Shown here in pieces: positions 28,767 through 39,175 of a DNA stretch of 64,000 bases. Under the pieces are notes generated by a model. It saw only the letters and a program-made list of their open reading frames with translations, made no database searches and was not told the origin of the DNA. The position numbers were made by a program, and so were the translations under genes. The stretch lies in contig CBDBOV010000006.1 of NCBI GenBank assembly GCA_965208575.1, positions 576,001 to 640,000 of the forward strand, given 5' to 3'. Position 1 is the first letter of the stretch, and the number at the start of each line of letters is the position of its first letter. Source of the stretch: Spirochaetia bacterium. GTDB taxonomy: Bacteria; Spirochaetota; Spirochaetia; SZUA-6; Bin103.

Positions 28767-29042
28767 CCGTGCTCACGATCTGCCGGGACGGCACGCTGCC
28801 TGGTCCGAAATTCCTGTGGGTCGGCGATGCTCGGGCATCGGTTTTCATCGTCTTCCATATCACGGAGTCACCGTACTGCCTCATGCATCTCACTTTCGGT
28901 CCACGGCTACCGCTTTCGGCGTTCCCACCCTAATGTTGACTGCTCACTGGGTCGCGGGGCCATGCCTGCCGGTGTAGCATGTTACACTCCACGAAAAGGC
29001 GCCGGGCCAACCCCCGAAGCGTCGTCAACGAGGGTCGCAACC

Positions 29043-30619
29043 ATGCGTTCGTTCAACACTGCCGGTCCCGTCAAGCCCGCCAGGCACTATTGCATCCCGC
29101 CGCTTGAGCGCATCGACCTGGACGGGGTCCTTGGGCTGGTGCGAGACGAGCGGCACTTCGTGCTCCATGCCCCGCGGCAGACCGGCAAGACATCCGCGCT
29201 GCTCGCGCTGGCCGAGGTGCTGAACGGGCGCGGCTACCGGTGCGTGTACGTTACCTTCGAGACCGCCCGCACCGCGCGCGACGACGTGCAGCGGGCATGC
29301 GCACGGTGCTCGTCAGGCTGGCCTCGCAGGCGCGGACGACGCTGGATGACGGCTTTCTGGACGACATCTGGCCGGACATTCTGGCGCGCGTCGGTCCGGA
29401 CGAGGCACTGGGTGAAACGCTGTCCCGTTGGGCGCAGGCGTCACCGGGACCGCTGGTGCTGCTGATCGACGAGATCGACACGCTGGTGGGCGATTCGCTG
29501 CTGTCGGTGCTCCAGCAGCTCCGCGCCGGCTACCCAACGCGCCCGGAGCGCTTCCCGCACAGCGTGGTCCTGTGCGGCATGCGTGACCTGCGCGACTACC
29601 GCATGGGCGCCGCCGGCAGCCCGTTCAACATCGCCGCGAAGTCGCTGCGGCTGGGCGACTTCACGCGCGGGCAGACGTTGGCGCTGCTGGCCCAGCACAC
29701 CGAGCAGACCGGCCAGGCTTTCGCACCCGAGGCGCTGGAGGCGGTGTGGACGCAGACCCGCGGCCAGCCCTGGCTGGTGAACGCGCTGGCGTACGGCGTC
29801 TGTTTCGAGAACGAGACGCTGCGCGAAGACCGGTCCCGCACGGTGAGGGCGGATGACATCGCGGCGGTGCGCGAGGAGTTGATCGTGAACCGGGTGACGC
29901 ACCTCGACTACCTGGCCGACAAGCTGCGCGAGGATCGCGTGCGGCGGGTGATCGAGCCGATGCTGAGCGGCACCCACCGGCACGCCTTCACGGACCGCGA
30001 TGTCGGGTACGCGCGCGACCTCGGGCTGCTGGCCCGCGACGCGCCGCTGCGGGTGGCCAACCCGATCTACGCCGAGGTGCTGCCGCGCGAACTCGCGTGG
30101 GTGGCGCAGGAGACGCTGGAGCTGTCGCCGCCGCGCTACGTGAGGGCCGACGGCAGCCTGGACGCGGAGTTGCTGATGGCGGAGTTCCAGGACTTCTTCC
30201 GCCGCCACTCCGAGCACTGGCGGAACCGCTTCGCGTACGAGGAAGCGTGGCCGCTGTTGCTGTTGCAGGCGTACCTGCAGCGGGTGGTGAACGGCGGCGG
30301 CCGCATCGAGCGGGAGTACGCGCTCGGGAGCGGGCGGGTGGACCTGTTGATCGTGTGGCCGCTGGCCGACCGGGTGCAGGAGTTCGTGGTGGAGTGCAAG
30401 GTGGTGCGCGCGCACGACGGGCCCGAGCGCGTGGTGGACGAGGGCGTGGAGCAGACGGCGCGCTACGTGGACCGCTGCGCCGCGGAGGCGGGTCACCTGG
30501 TGGTGATCGACCAGCGGGAGAACCGGAGCTGGGAGGAGAAGATCTCCCGCACCCGGCGCCGCTCGGCGCACCAGCGGCGCGGCGGCGGCGCCGTGCCGGT
30601 AGCGGTGTGGGGGATGTGA
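29043..30619 (+). pseudogene. AAA-type ATPase with C-terminal PD-(D/E)XK domain; -1 frameshift near 29296
   Basis: MRSFNTAGP..HY, HAPRQTGKT (Walker A), LLIDEID (Walker B), GQPWLVNAL, REYALGSGRVDL..VVECK. Confidence 0.85.
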
Positions 30620-30759
30620 GTAGGCGGCGAATCGAACTGTGCCCGGCGCTGCGCGACGCGTGCTTCACCCGTCCGTTGCACGCCGCTGATACTGGCAAGC
30701 GGCGGACCGGTTGCGAGCCTTCGACCGAAGCGCGCGGCACGGGTCGGGAGAGAGGCGAC

Positions 30760-30990
30760 ATGGACAGAATCATCGTTGATGCAAGGGTTCACTTCGGCAA
30801 GCCGTGCGTCGCCGGTACGCGAATCACGGTACAAGATGTCCTGGAACTCGTCGATCAGGATCTCCCCTTTGACCGGATCATTCAGGACTACTACCCCGAC
30901 TTGACCGCCGCTGACATTCATGCCTGCATCCGCTATGCGATTGCCCTGGTGGGCGCAGAGGATATCCGTCTGCGGGCGGCGCCCGTCTGA
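30760..30990 (+). CDS. DUF433 antitoxin
   Basis: VHFGKPCVAGTRITVQDVLE..IIQDYYPDLT.ADI.ACIRYA. Confidence 0.88.
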   Translation: MDRIIVDARVHFGKPCVAGTRITVQDVLELVDQDLPFDRIIQDYYPDLTAADIHACIRYAIALVGAEDIRLRAAPV

Positions 30991-31348
30991 GGTTTCTGCT
31001 CGACCAGGATGTCTACGCCTCCACTGCCCGGCACCTGGCTGGCTTGGGCCACGATGTTCAGCGCGCCGCTGACATCGGCCTGTCGAGAGCCGCGGATGAG
31101 GAGTTGCTCGAAGCGGCTCAGAAACAGGGCCGGTTGTTCGTCACCCGGGACCGCGACTTTGGTCGCATCGTCTTTCTGAAGCGCAAGCGCGCAGGGTTCT
31201 CTATCTCCGTATGATGCCCGCAATGCAACATGCCGTTCATGAGGTGCTTGCGGAGGTACTCCGAACCAATAACGAGACCGTGCTGGCTCAAGCATTCGTC
31301 GCGATCACCCCCGGCGGTTATCGAATCAGAGAGCTGACGAACATGTAA
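30987..31348 (+). pseudogene. DUF5615 PIN-like toxin; -1 frameshift in a G-run near 31195
   Basis: LRFLLDQDV..LGHDV..ADEELL..VTRDRDFG, then continues in another frame (VLYLR...GGYRIREL). Confidence 0.75.
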
Positions 31349-31532
31349 TGACGACAGTGCATGATTCGGGAGTGCCGGTGCTCGACATGGATGCCGTGGC
31401 AGCCGCCTCGCCGTGTGGGCCACCGTGATGGACACACGTTTCGTGCGCCGGGCTTCATACTACCAGCTCACGATTCGACGGATGGTGATGAAGCGCCGTC
31501 GGCTCGGTGCTGATCGGTGTCGGCGTCGGCTC

Positions 31533-32390
31533 TTACGCCTTCAGCCCGGTCAACGCGATACCCCGGACGAAGTACTTCTGAGCGAACAGGAAGACCACGA
31601 GTATCGGTATCACGGCGATGCTCGCGCCCGCCATTCGCGCACCCTCCTCCTGAAACTCCACGCCCTGGGAAAAAAACGCCAGACCCTGCTCCAGAAGCAT
31701 CTTGTTGGTTGTGTTCAGGATGATGAGCGGCCACAGGAAGTCGGTCCAGGAGTGCATGAATGAGAAAATGGCGATGGTGCCGATTGCCGGCTTGATGAGC
31801 GGCACGACGATGTGCCGGTAGCGCCCGATGATCGTGCAACCGTCGATCTTCGCCGAATCGAGAAGGTCGTCCGGTATCGCTTTCATGTTCTGTCTGAAGA
31901 AAAAGATCGCAAATCCCGTTATGAGAGCGGGAATGACGACCGCGGCATGGGTATCGACAAGCCCCAATTGATCCATCAACAGGTACAGCGGGACCAGCCG
32001 TGACTCGAACGGGATGATCATGGTGAACAAGATGCAGGAAAAGATAAACTCCTTGAACCGGAATCGAATCTTTTCGAACAGGTAGCCGGTAAACGAGGCC
32101 AACAGCAGCTCCGCCACAACGATGATCACCGACACCAACAGCGTATTCCAGTAGAACAGGGCCATTGGCACAACCTCGAACACCCGGAAGTAGTTCTCGA
32201 TAGTGAAATTCTGCGGGTACAGGGTCGGCGGCCACTCGAAGATCTCCGACATCGGCTTGAACGAGGTCGATACCATCCAGTAGAATGGCGCGATATAGAA
32301 GATACCCGCTATTGACAGGACGGCGTACACAATTGAACGATAGATTCTAGTCTTGGTCCGGTAGCCGCCGATAGCAAACATCACATGCAC
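31533..32390 (-). CDS. Carbohydrate ABC permease (MalG-like)
   Basis: STSFK, IPDDLLDSAKIDG, WTDFLWPL, QKYFVRGI. Confidence 0.92.
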   Translation of the reverse strand: MHVMFAIGGYRTKTRIYRSIVYAVLSIAGIFYIAPFYWMVSTSFKPMSEIFEWPPTLYPQNFTIENYFRVFEVVPMALFYWNTLLVSVIIVVAELLLASFTGYLFEKIRFRFKEFIFSCILFTMIIPFESRLVPLYLLMDQLGLVDTHAAVVIPALITGFAIFFFRQNMKAIPDDLLDSAKIDGCTIIGRYRHIVVPLIKPAIGTIAIFSFMHSWTDFLWPLIILNTTNKMLLEQGLAFFSQGVEFQEEGARMAGASIAVIPILVVFLFAQKYFVRGIALTGLKA

Positions 32391-32399
32391 CTTGGACCG

Positions 32400-33332
32400 C
32401 TAGTAGCTGTAGTCGAATCGGTTAAAAAACCTCCGTTGGAAATACGTCAGCAGCAGCACGATTGCGGCAAGTATGAAGGCAAACGCCTGCCCCACACCGA
32501 GACGGAAATCCAAGAAGGAAAGCTGGTATATCTGTAGTACGATGGTCAGCGTACTGTTCATCGGCCCGCCCTTGTGGATAACCCCGCTGCTCATCACGAA
32601 CATCTGAGTGAATACCTTGAACGAACCCATTGTGTTGACAACAACGGCGAGCAATAGAATCGGCACCAGCAGCGGTATGGTTATCGACCTGGTTACCTGG
32701 AAACCGGAGGCCCCGTCGACCCGCGCTGCTTCGTAGAAGTTCTCGGGTATGGCTTTCAACCCAGCCAGGAAGATGACCATGGAAAAACCCATCGCCCGCC
32801 AGATGGTCATCACAATGATGGATCCAAGTGCATACTTGGGATCGGTGAGCCAACCGATCTTTGTGGTAGCCCCGAGTTTCTCGAATACAAAGTTCAAGAT
32901 GCCGATATCGCGATTGTAGATCCACATCCACAGTTGTGAAATGGCAACCAGTGAAACCACCATCGGCATAAAGAATATCGTCCGATATACGACAGACCCG
33001 CGGGTCATACGATCAAGAAAAAGGGCGACCACGAGACCGATAAAGGTGCCGCCGGTGACCACACCGACCACGTAGACAAACGTATTAACCATGGCGCGCC
33101 AGTGGATCGGGTCGGTGAAAATCTCGACGTAGTTGTCAAGCCCGACGAACGTGAACGCTCCCGTCAACAGGTCATAGGCGTTGAAGCTCACGAACAGAGC
33201 AAAGAACACGGGATAGTAGTGGATGGCGAGGAAGAAGGCAAAGATTGGAACCAGGAACAGGTAGGCGCTTACTTCCTCGTGGTGCTTTCTGAACACGCCG
33301 CGGAGCTTGTTGGTAGCGCTCGCTGCAATCAT
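32400..33332 (-). CDS. Carbohydrate ABC permease (MalF-like)
   Basis: FVGLDNY, LAGLKAIPENFYEAARVDGA. Confidence 0.92.
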   Translation of the reverse strand: MIAASATNKLRGVFRKHHEEVSAYLFLVPIFAFFLAIHYYPVFFALFVSFNAYDLLTGAFTFVGLDNYVEIFTDPIHWRAMVNTFVYVVGVVTGGTFIGLVVALFLDRMTRGSVVYRTIFFMPMVVSLVAISQLWMWIYNRDIGILNFVFEKLGATTKIGWLTDPKYALGSIIVMTIWRAMGFSMVIFLAGLKAIPENFYEAARVDGASGFQVTRSITIPLLVPILLLAVVVNTMGSFKVFTQMFVMSSGVIHKGGPMNSTLTIVLQIYQLSFLDFRLGVGQAFAFILAAIVLLLTYFQRRFFNRFDYSY

Positions 33333-33370
33333 GTCGGTCCTCCGTCAGGCAGGAACTGTCATGGAACAAA

Positions 33371-33405
33371 CGTGGACTTCCCACAGAGTATGCGGGAAGC
33401 CCACG
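33371..33405 (-). terminator. Intergenic stem-loop after the sugar-binding protein gene
   Basis: CGTGGACTTCCC...GGGAAGCCCACG. Confidence 0.5.
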
Positions 33406-33411
33406 TCGAAA

Positions 33412-34746
33412 CTAATCGTCGAACGGAACCTTGATCTCTGAAATGTATCGGGTCTCGGTGATTTCTTCGTACGCCGCTACCATCCCGTCGAGAGCGTCAT
33501 CCAGCGACTTCGTCTTGCTCAGAAAGGCCTCGATCTCTCGACCGACCTGCGTGTAGTAGTCGGTCGCTCCGGTGCCTTGCATCCTGGACCTCAGATTTTT
33601 CTGTTGGGTCGCGATCTTCCACGGCTCTTCCGATTGGAACTTGGGCAGCATGGAGGCGCTCATGTAAGGCGGCAGAAGCGAAAAGCTGCCGATGTCGAAC
33701 AGCTCGGATATGTTCTCATCCTGGATAATATAGCCAAGGAAGCGCCATGCCTCATCCGGATTCTCGGAGTCCTTGTACACGGACACGGGCCGGACCGCGA
33801 GGATGGTCGAAGAATACTCGCCGGTTGGGATATTGTCGATGATCCAGTTCAGGTCCGGTGCATTATTCGATATCCGGGCGATGTCGTAGATGCCTTCGGC
33901 GGAAATGGCGTTCAGGCCCTGGTGGAAAGCCTCTCTCGGTTCACCCATTCGGAAATCTCCGGCCTTGTCGGTCCAGGTGACGTCATAGATAAACTGCAGC
34001 GCGTTGCCCCACGCCTCTCTGCCGTCCGGCGTCATAACATCGGCCGCCGAGTTGTCGTCGTTCAACCAGGTCCCGCCGGCACTATGCATCCACGCACCGA
34101 AGGCCCAGGCGGGATCCTGGATTCGGAACGTGAACCCAGCCCTGGTGATATTGCCGGAGGCATCGGTCTTGACCAGTTTCCTGGCGTATTCCCGAAGCTC
34201 GTCCCAAGTCTCTGCACCGCGCATCGGCAGGCCGGCTTCCTGCAGGTAGTCGGAGTTGTAGTAGAGTTGCTGCCAGTGTGTGAACAGGTTGATGATCATT
34301 ACCGGTTTGTCCAGATCGCCATCCTGGTGAGCCATCTTTCGAAACGTCGGGTGCAGCGAGTTTTCGTCCATGATCTTGGCAATGGGCTCTGGCGCCTCGT
34401 TGAAAAAGCCCGCCGACGCCAACGTCGAATTGTCGATGTCGTGGATCTGAATGATGTCGGGCACATCCTTCCCTGACCTGAGCACCAACCTGATCTTGGT
34501 GCCATAATCGCCCCACGACCCGGTTTGCCGTTCGATATTGATAGTCGTGTTCGGGTTCGCGATCATGTATTGTTCTGCCAGTCCGGTGACCCAATCGTGA
34601 AACGCCGGGGCGTCCTTGTGCCAATACAACAACGACTTTGGTTCGTCGGATGCGGCGCCCGCATCCTGCTCGCCGCTTGCCCAGATGGTCCCCGTTGCCA
34701 ACAGCAAGCCGACAACTGCCAAGCCTAAGATTCCAGTAAGCTTCAC
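33412..34746 (-). CDS. Carbohydrate ABC extracellular solute-binding protein (family 1)
   Basis: Signal MKLTGILGLAVV..WASGEQD; PDII, LYYNSD, ETWDEL. Confidence 0.88.
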   Translation of the reverse strand: MKLTGILGLAVVGLLLATGTIWASGEQDAGAASDEPKSLLYWHKDAPAFHDWVTGLAEQYMIANPNTTINIERQTGSWGDYGTKIRLVLRSGKDVPDIIQIHDIDNSTLASAGFFNEAPEPIAKIMDENSLHPTFRKMAHQDGDLDKPVMIINLFTHWQQLYYNSDYLQEAGLPMRGAETWDELREYARKLVKTDASGNITRAGFTFRIQDPAWAFGAWMHSAGGTWLNDDNSAADVMTPDGREAWGNALQFIYDVTWTDKAGDFRMGEPREAFHQGLNAISAEGIYDIARISNNAPDLNWIIDNIPTGEYSSTILAVRPVSVYKDSENPDEAWRFLGYIIQDENISELFDIGSFSLLPPYMSASMLPKFQSEEPWKIATQQKNLRSRMQGTGATDYYTQVGREIEAFLSKTKSLDDALDGMVAAYEEITETRYISEIKVPFDD

Positions 34747-34803
34747 TACTACTCCTTCTGTGAAAATGATATTTGGCGGACCGGCGGATCACCGATCCAC
34801 TCC

Positions 34804-34903
34804 GTTTCGAGTTCGAAACTCTCGATTGGTTCCTAACGCGTGGGTGTCGCGCTCTGGCCCTCCTTTCCCGAGTGACTATGCGCGGGCCAACGGCCGGTGT
34901 CAA
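34804..34903 (-). promoter_or_regulatory. Sigma70 promoter and palindromic operator of the sugar ABC operon
   Basis: TTGACA (34903-34898)-N17-CATAGT (34880-34875); palindrome GTTTCGA-GT-TCGAAAC at 34804-34819. Confidence 0.6.
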
Positions 34904-35014
34904 CCACGTCCGTGACGCAGTACGCGGTCGAGGCAGGCGACGCGCCGCTATTGCCGATGAGATGACCGACGGCACCATGCGGCGGACCGCCCAACCGGCG
35001 GCGCGGCGTCAGAC

Positions 35015-35072
35015 CGTCTGAACATGTTCGGTAACGCGGTGAGGGACCTGCTGGACCCGAGGTCGCGCGGCG
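35015..35072 (+). pseudogene. DppC 3'-end scar
   Basis: LNMFGNAVRDLLDPRSRG. Confidence 0.55.
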
Positions 35073-35537
35073 CTAGACGAGCTTGAATACCGGCACCGTG
35101 CCGCTTCCGTCGGCGAGCGTCTCGAACGCCACCTCTACCTTGCGACCGACCTCGATCTGATCGGCGTCGGCGTCGGCGTCGAGGTCGACGATGTTGGACT
35201 GCAGGCGCACGCCTTCCGCCAGATCGATCTGCGCCACGACCAGCGGCAGCCGTCCCTGGTGTCGCGGGTGGTACGGTCGGTGCAGCACGGCGTAGCTGAA
35301 GATCGTGCCGCGGCCGGAGGCGTCACGCCACTGCATCGCGCTTGAGCCGCACGCCTGGCAGCGCGTACGCAACGGAAACGCCCACGTGCCGCATGCGCGG
35401 CAGCGCTGGAGCCGGAGCTTGCCCTCGCGCGCGGCAGCGAAAAACGGTGCCGCCCCTACCGCCGCCGCCGATGCGCCCGGCGTCGACACGGCCGCCGTCT
35501 CCGCGGCAGCCACCGGCAACCAGGCTGCTTCGGTCAT
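35073..35537 (-). CDS. DUF35 Zn-ribbon/OB-fold protein (thiolase partner)
   Basis: QRCRACG...CQACGS..SGRGTIFSY; ATG overlaps the thiolase stop. Confidence 0.88.
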   Translation of the reverse strand: MTEAAWLPVAAAETAAVSTPGASAAAVGAAPFFAAAREGKLRLQRCRACGTWAFPLRTRCQACGSSAMQWRDASGRGTIFSYAVLHRPYHPRHQGRLPLVVAQIDLAEGVRLQSNIVDLDADADADQIEVGRKVEVAFETLADGSGTVPVFKLV

Positions 35538-36712
35538 GCCTTCGCCTCCGGCGACAGCAGCAACGTCGAATGATGCTGCAGCGTGCCGCCGTTGCCGCTC
35601 ACCAGAATGAGCTGGTTGGCCGCTTGCCGCCGGCCACCCTGTCCGCGGCCTTGAATGATCGCCTCCGAGATCGGCGTCATCCCCCACATGTAGTAGGAGG
35701 AAAGCTGCCCCCCGCCGGTGTTGGTCGGCAGTGAACCGCCGCGCCCGATGGCCCCCGACGCGGCGAACGGGCCGCCTTCGCCCTTGGTACAGAAGCCGTA
35801 ATCTTCGAGGGTGGTAATGACCGTATAGGTGTAGCAGTCATAGAGCTGGCACTGGCTCACGTCGGCGAGTTGCGCGCCGGCCATCGCCAGCGCTTTCGGG
35901 CCCGACCGCCTGGCCGGCGACTCGGTCAGCGGATCGAAGCGCGCCCAACCCACGTCGTGGTGGTGAGCTTGGGCGAACCCACGGATGTAGACCGGTGGCT
36001 GGGCGCCATCCCGGGCCCGCTCGGCGGACGTCACGATTACCGCTACGCCGCCGTTGGAGACCAGGCAGCAATCCAGCACGTGAAAGGGTTCGACCACCCA
36101 CGGCGATGCGTGGTAGCCGTCCAGATCCAACGGCTCGCGCTTGGTTGCACGTTCGTTGAACGCGGCCCACTTGCGTTGCGCGATGGCGACCTGCCCGAGC
36201 TGATCCTGCGTGGTGCCGTACAGGTCCATGTGGCGGCGGGCGCCCGACGCATAGGCGGGAATCGGGCCGGCCCAGCCGTACATCTGCCGCAAGCTGTCGA
36301 GTGCCGACATCGGCCGCCCGCCCGCATACGCGGCCCCGGCGCGCTGCCCTTCCTGCAACGGGTCGTCGGCGAACACGCAGCAGACGACATTCGCCAGCCC
36401 GGCGTGCACCGCCATCGCCGCGTACTGGACCATCTGACCGGCGCTCGATCCGTAGCCCTGCATGAAGGTCAGCAGGTCGAGCTCCCGCAGCCCGAGCGCC
36501 CGCTGCAACGACACATCGATGCCACGCGTCACTCCCGCGTTGATGAGCAAGCCATCGAGCTGCGACTTGTCGAGCCCGGCATCCTCCAGCGCCAGGTAAA
36601 CCGCCTCGACCGCGAAGTCCTCCGCGCTCCGATAGACCCGCCCCATCTCGGTCATGCCGAGCCCGCACACGGCGGTCGCGCCTTGCAGTGGATGTGATGT
36701 CGACCCGCTCAC
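35534..36712 (-). CDS. Thiolase-family protein (SCP-x/Ltp2-like)
   Basis: DCCLVSNGG, LYDCYT, LEDYGFC.KGEGG, NTGGGQLS. Confidence 0.88.
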   Translation of the reverse strand: MSGSTSHPLQGATAVCGLGMTEMGRVYRSAEDFAVEAVYLALEDAGLDKSQLDGLLINAGVTRGIDVSLQRALGLRELDLLTFMQGYGSSAGQMVQYAAMAVHAGLANVVCCVFADDPLQEGQRAGAAYAGGRPMSALDSLRQMYGWAGPIPAYASGARRHMDLYGTTQDQLGQVAIAQRKWAAFNERATKREPLDLDGYHASPWVVEPFHVLDCCLVSNGGVAVIVTSAERARDGAQPPVYIRGFAQAHHHDVGWARFDPLTESPARRSGPKALAMAGAQLADVSQCQLYDCYTYTVITTLEDYGFCTKGEGGPFAASGAIGRGGSLPTNTGGGQLSSYYMWGMTPISEAIIQGRGQGGRRQAANQLILVSGNGGTLQHHSTLLLSPEAKA

Positions 36713-36868
36713 GCCCACCCAGTATAGCCTACCGGCCACCGAAGTTCAGGCTGGTCCCTCTCTGGGCCCGCAGTTTCAGACCAGGTCGCTGACTCTGCGG
36801 ATGGGCGAATAGAAACCGATCTCCACCATCCGGGCGAGCAGCGCATCAGCTTCGTCGGCGGAAACGAT

Positions 36869-38122
36869 CAGGGCAATCGACTGAGTGGATTTACTCAGGT
36901 CGTGAGCAGCGAGTAGAGAAAGTCCTCATTCCAGGCAGCGATGTGACGACTGGCGCGCATGCTGTGTTTGCCCTTGCCGCGCCGCAGGAGATTGCTGGCC
37001 ATGTGCTTGATGGTGGCGAAGTTCGCCGGCGCGTGCCCGCTCCGTATGCGGCACTCGTCATCGCGGAACACCATGTCCATCACCCAGTGCAGCCCATTCT
37101 CGACGCCCCAGTGGCTGCGTATCGCGTGGCCGATCTGCTCGGCATCCGCCGGCAACGAGCTGATGTAGTAGCGCGTCTCGGTTTCGACCTTGTCCTCGAC
37201 CAATAGTTCACGCCGGCTCTCCACCTTCACGATGCTGCGCAGCCCCGGCCAGCGGTGGTCCTGCTGCAGCCACGCGATGTCCTCGGTCGCTACCACCCGC
37301 CGCGTCTCCAGACGTCCGTGGCCCTTGTCACTACTCTCATGTACCGTGACTTGGTGCCCGGCGAAGCCATCCTGTCGTTCGTCGAAGAACAACGCCACAT
37401 CCTTATGCAGCGTCCCCTGATTTCCTTTCAGACCCAATACATAGTCTGCTTTCTGCTCGATGATCCGGGCACCGATCTCGCGCTGGCAGCCCATCGCGTC
37501 GATGGTCACCACCGCGCCGTGCAACTCCAGCAACCGCAACAGCTCCGGGATCGCCGGGATCTCGTTCGACTTGTCCGCCACCTTGCACTGGCCCAGCACC
37601 AGCCGCTGCTGGCTACTCCACGCCGAGATCATATGGATCGGTCCCTGCTCGGCAGCGCGATCAAGCGAGCGCCGCAGCGTCTTGCCATCTACCGCCACCA
37701 CTCCACGCACCGCCGCCGTAAACCGCTCCACCCAGGCGATGAAACAACTCTGGAACTGCTGCGCGTCCAGCCGCGCGAACACGTTCCCCAGTTGGTCATG
37801 CGATGGGACCCCATGGGCGAATGGCAAGAAGCGGCGCAGAAACTTCAGCTTCTGCTGGCCATACAGCGCCACCTCGACCCAGCTATCGGCACCGCCGAGC
37901 ACTGCGCACAGGCACAGCAACAGGATCTCCGGCAGCGGATAGAGCACCTTCGCCTGCTGGCGCGGGTCGTCGAGAGCGTCGAAACTGCCTAAGAATTCGA
38001 CATCACCACCACTGTCATCGTTCATCAGAATGCCCCTCCCAGAGCTATTTCCTAGCTCCTTCAGTACATACTGATCACCGCCTGTCTGTCACCCTACCCA
38101 AAATATTCGGTCGATTGCCCTG
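36869..38122 (-). mobile_element. ISAs1-family insertion sequence
   Basis: 18-bp TIRs CAGGGCAATCGACTGAGT and CAGGGCAATCGACCGAAT; 10-bp TSD CGGAAACGAT at 36859-36868 and 38123-38132. Confidence 0.95.
36895..38025 (-). CDS. ISAs1 DDE transposase
   Basis: DPRQ, PSHD, AVDGKTLR, KSNEI, TIDAMGCQ, KGNQ, HGRLETR, RSHWGVEN.LHW. Confidence 0.95.
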   Translation of the reverse strand: MNDDSGGDVEFLGSFDALDDPRQQAKVLYPLPEILLLCLCAVLGGADSWVEVALYGQQKLKFLRRFLPFAHGVPSHDQLGNVFARLDAQQFQSCFIAWVERFTAAVRGVVAVDGKTLRRSLDRAAEQGPIHMISAWSSQQRLVLGQCKVADKSNEIPAIPELLRLLELHGAVVTIDAMGCQREIGARIIEQKADYVLGLKGNQGTLHKDVALFFDERQDGFAGHQVTVHESSDKGHGRLETRRVVATEDIAWLQQDHRWPGLRSIVKVESRRELLVEDKVETETRYYISSLPADAEQIGHAIRSHWGVENGLHWVMDMVFRDDECRIRSGHAPANFATIKHMASNLLRRGKGKHSMRASRHIAAWNEDFLYSLLTT

Positions 38123-38450
38123 CGGAAACGATGCGATCGGTTGCCAGCGAAGTTAGCCAGCGTTACGGTATCGAAGAAGAATCGCCTCGAAGGCCGATCA
38201 GGCACTCAGATGATCGTCAGCCGACATCGCAGTGTACTGGTCGATGCCGTGCTCGGAGAGCCAGCTGCCCAGGCTGCCCGCGGGGCAGCCGGCACACACA
38301 ACGCACAGAGACCACCATAGACCACGCCTTCGGTCCTTCGGAGGTGAGGCCGCGCACTCGCGCCGCGCACGGGCGGCCGCTATCCTCGCCGCCGATGGAC
38401 GACCAGATCGTGCTGCCCTCGCCGCGGCGGCCCAACGTTCAAGCTGCAGT

Positions 38451-38654
38451 CTATCGGAACACGAGCTTCTTGCCGTTGGCGGCGCACTCCCGCAGATAGA
38501 GGTTGATCAGTGTCTGGTAGGGAATGCGGCTGTCCGCTGCCAGTGCCTTGAAATACTCCAGCGTATCCAGGTCCAGCCGGATCGTAACCTGTCTCTTGAG
38601 ATGCTTCGCATAGGGATTGCGTTTCGCCTTCGAGAAGTCGTAGTTGGCTCTCAT
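38451..38654 (-). CDS. brnA: BrnA antitoxin
   Basis: YDFSKAKRNPYA..VTIRLD..YFK..IPYQTLINLYL. Confidence 0.88.
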   Translation of the reverse strand: MRANYDFSKAKRNPYAKHLKRQVTIRLDLDTLEYFKALAADSRIPYQTLINLYLRECAANGKKLVFR

Positions 38655-38947
38655 CGCGCCCACCTGCGCTCATATTCGGCGCGTTCCATGCGGTTGGCCC
38701 TGCGTGCCGAGAAGATCCGAATGACCTCGTCATCCTCACGATAGCAGTGGCACACCACCAGGGTTCGAAGCGACAAGCTCATTCCGACGAGCACGAACCG
38801 ATCCTCGTCCTCAGAGTGATCCGGATCACTGATGAGCAGAGCACGCTCGTCGTAGAACACGGTCTGGGCCTCCTCGAATGAGACCCCATGCTTGCGGCTG
38901 TTCTCGGTACGCTTGTTCTTGTCCCACTGAAAACGTATCTCGGCCAC
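38651..38947 (-). CDS. brnT: BrnT toxin
   Basis: FQWDKNK..N.RKHGVSFEEA..EDRF..IRIFSARRA. Confidence 0.9.
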   Translation of the reverse strand: MAEIRFQWDKNKRTENSRKHGVSFEEAQTVFYDERALLISDPDHSEDEDRFVLVGMSLSLRTLVVCHCYREDDEVIRIFSARRANRMERAEYERRWAR

Positions 38948-39175
38948 ACGAGTGCACAATAACTACACCGTAGTGAAAGTGTCAATGCCGACAACCTGTC
39001 GGGCCTGCCGACCCTCTGGGAACAGGAATCAATGGGCGGCAGCCACGGCCAGTTCGCCAAGCGCTCGCCGCACGAGGAGTCGATCCGGCCTCGCCGCTCG
39101 CGGCCGGGAGCCGTAGTGCTGGGTGGTACGGTCGCCAAGCCGGGGTCAGTGGTTGGACGAAGCGATCTCGGCGAC

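Larger units (their letters stand above)
26516..28810 (-). mobile_element. DUF222-like/HNH endonuclease element, copy 1
   Basis: Similarity to 49690-52128 extends about 165 bp past the stop and about 260 bp upstream of the ATG; boundaries approximate. Confidence 0.6.
36777..38275 (-). pseudogene. Remnant PIN-domain TA pair disrupted by ISAs1
   Basis: FFDTVTLANFA near 38150-38180; joining across the empty site gives DRIVSADEADALLARMVEIGFYSPIRRVSDLV*. Confidence 0.45.
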
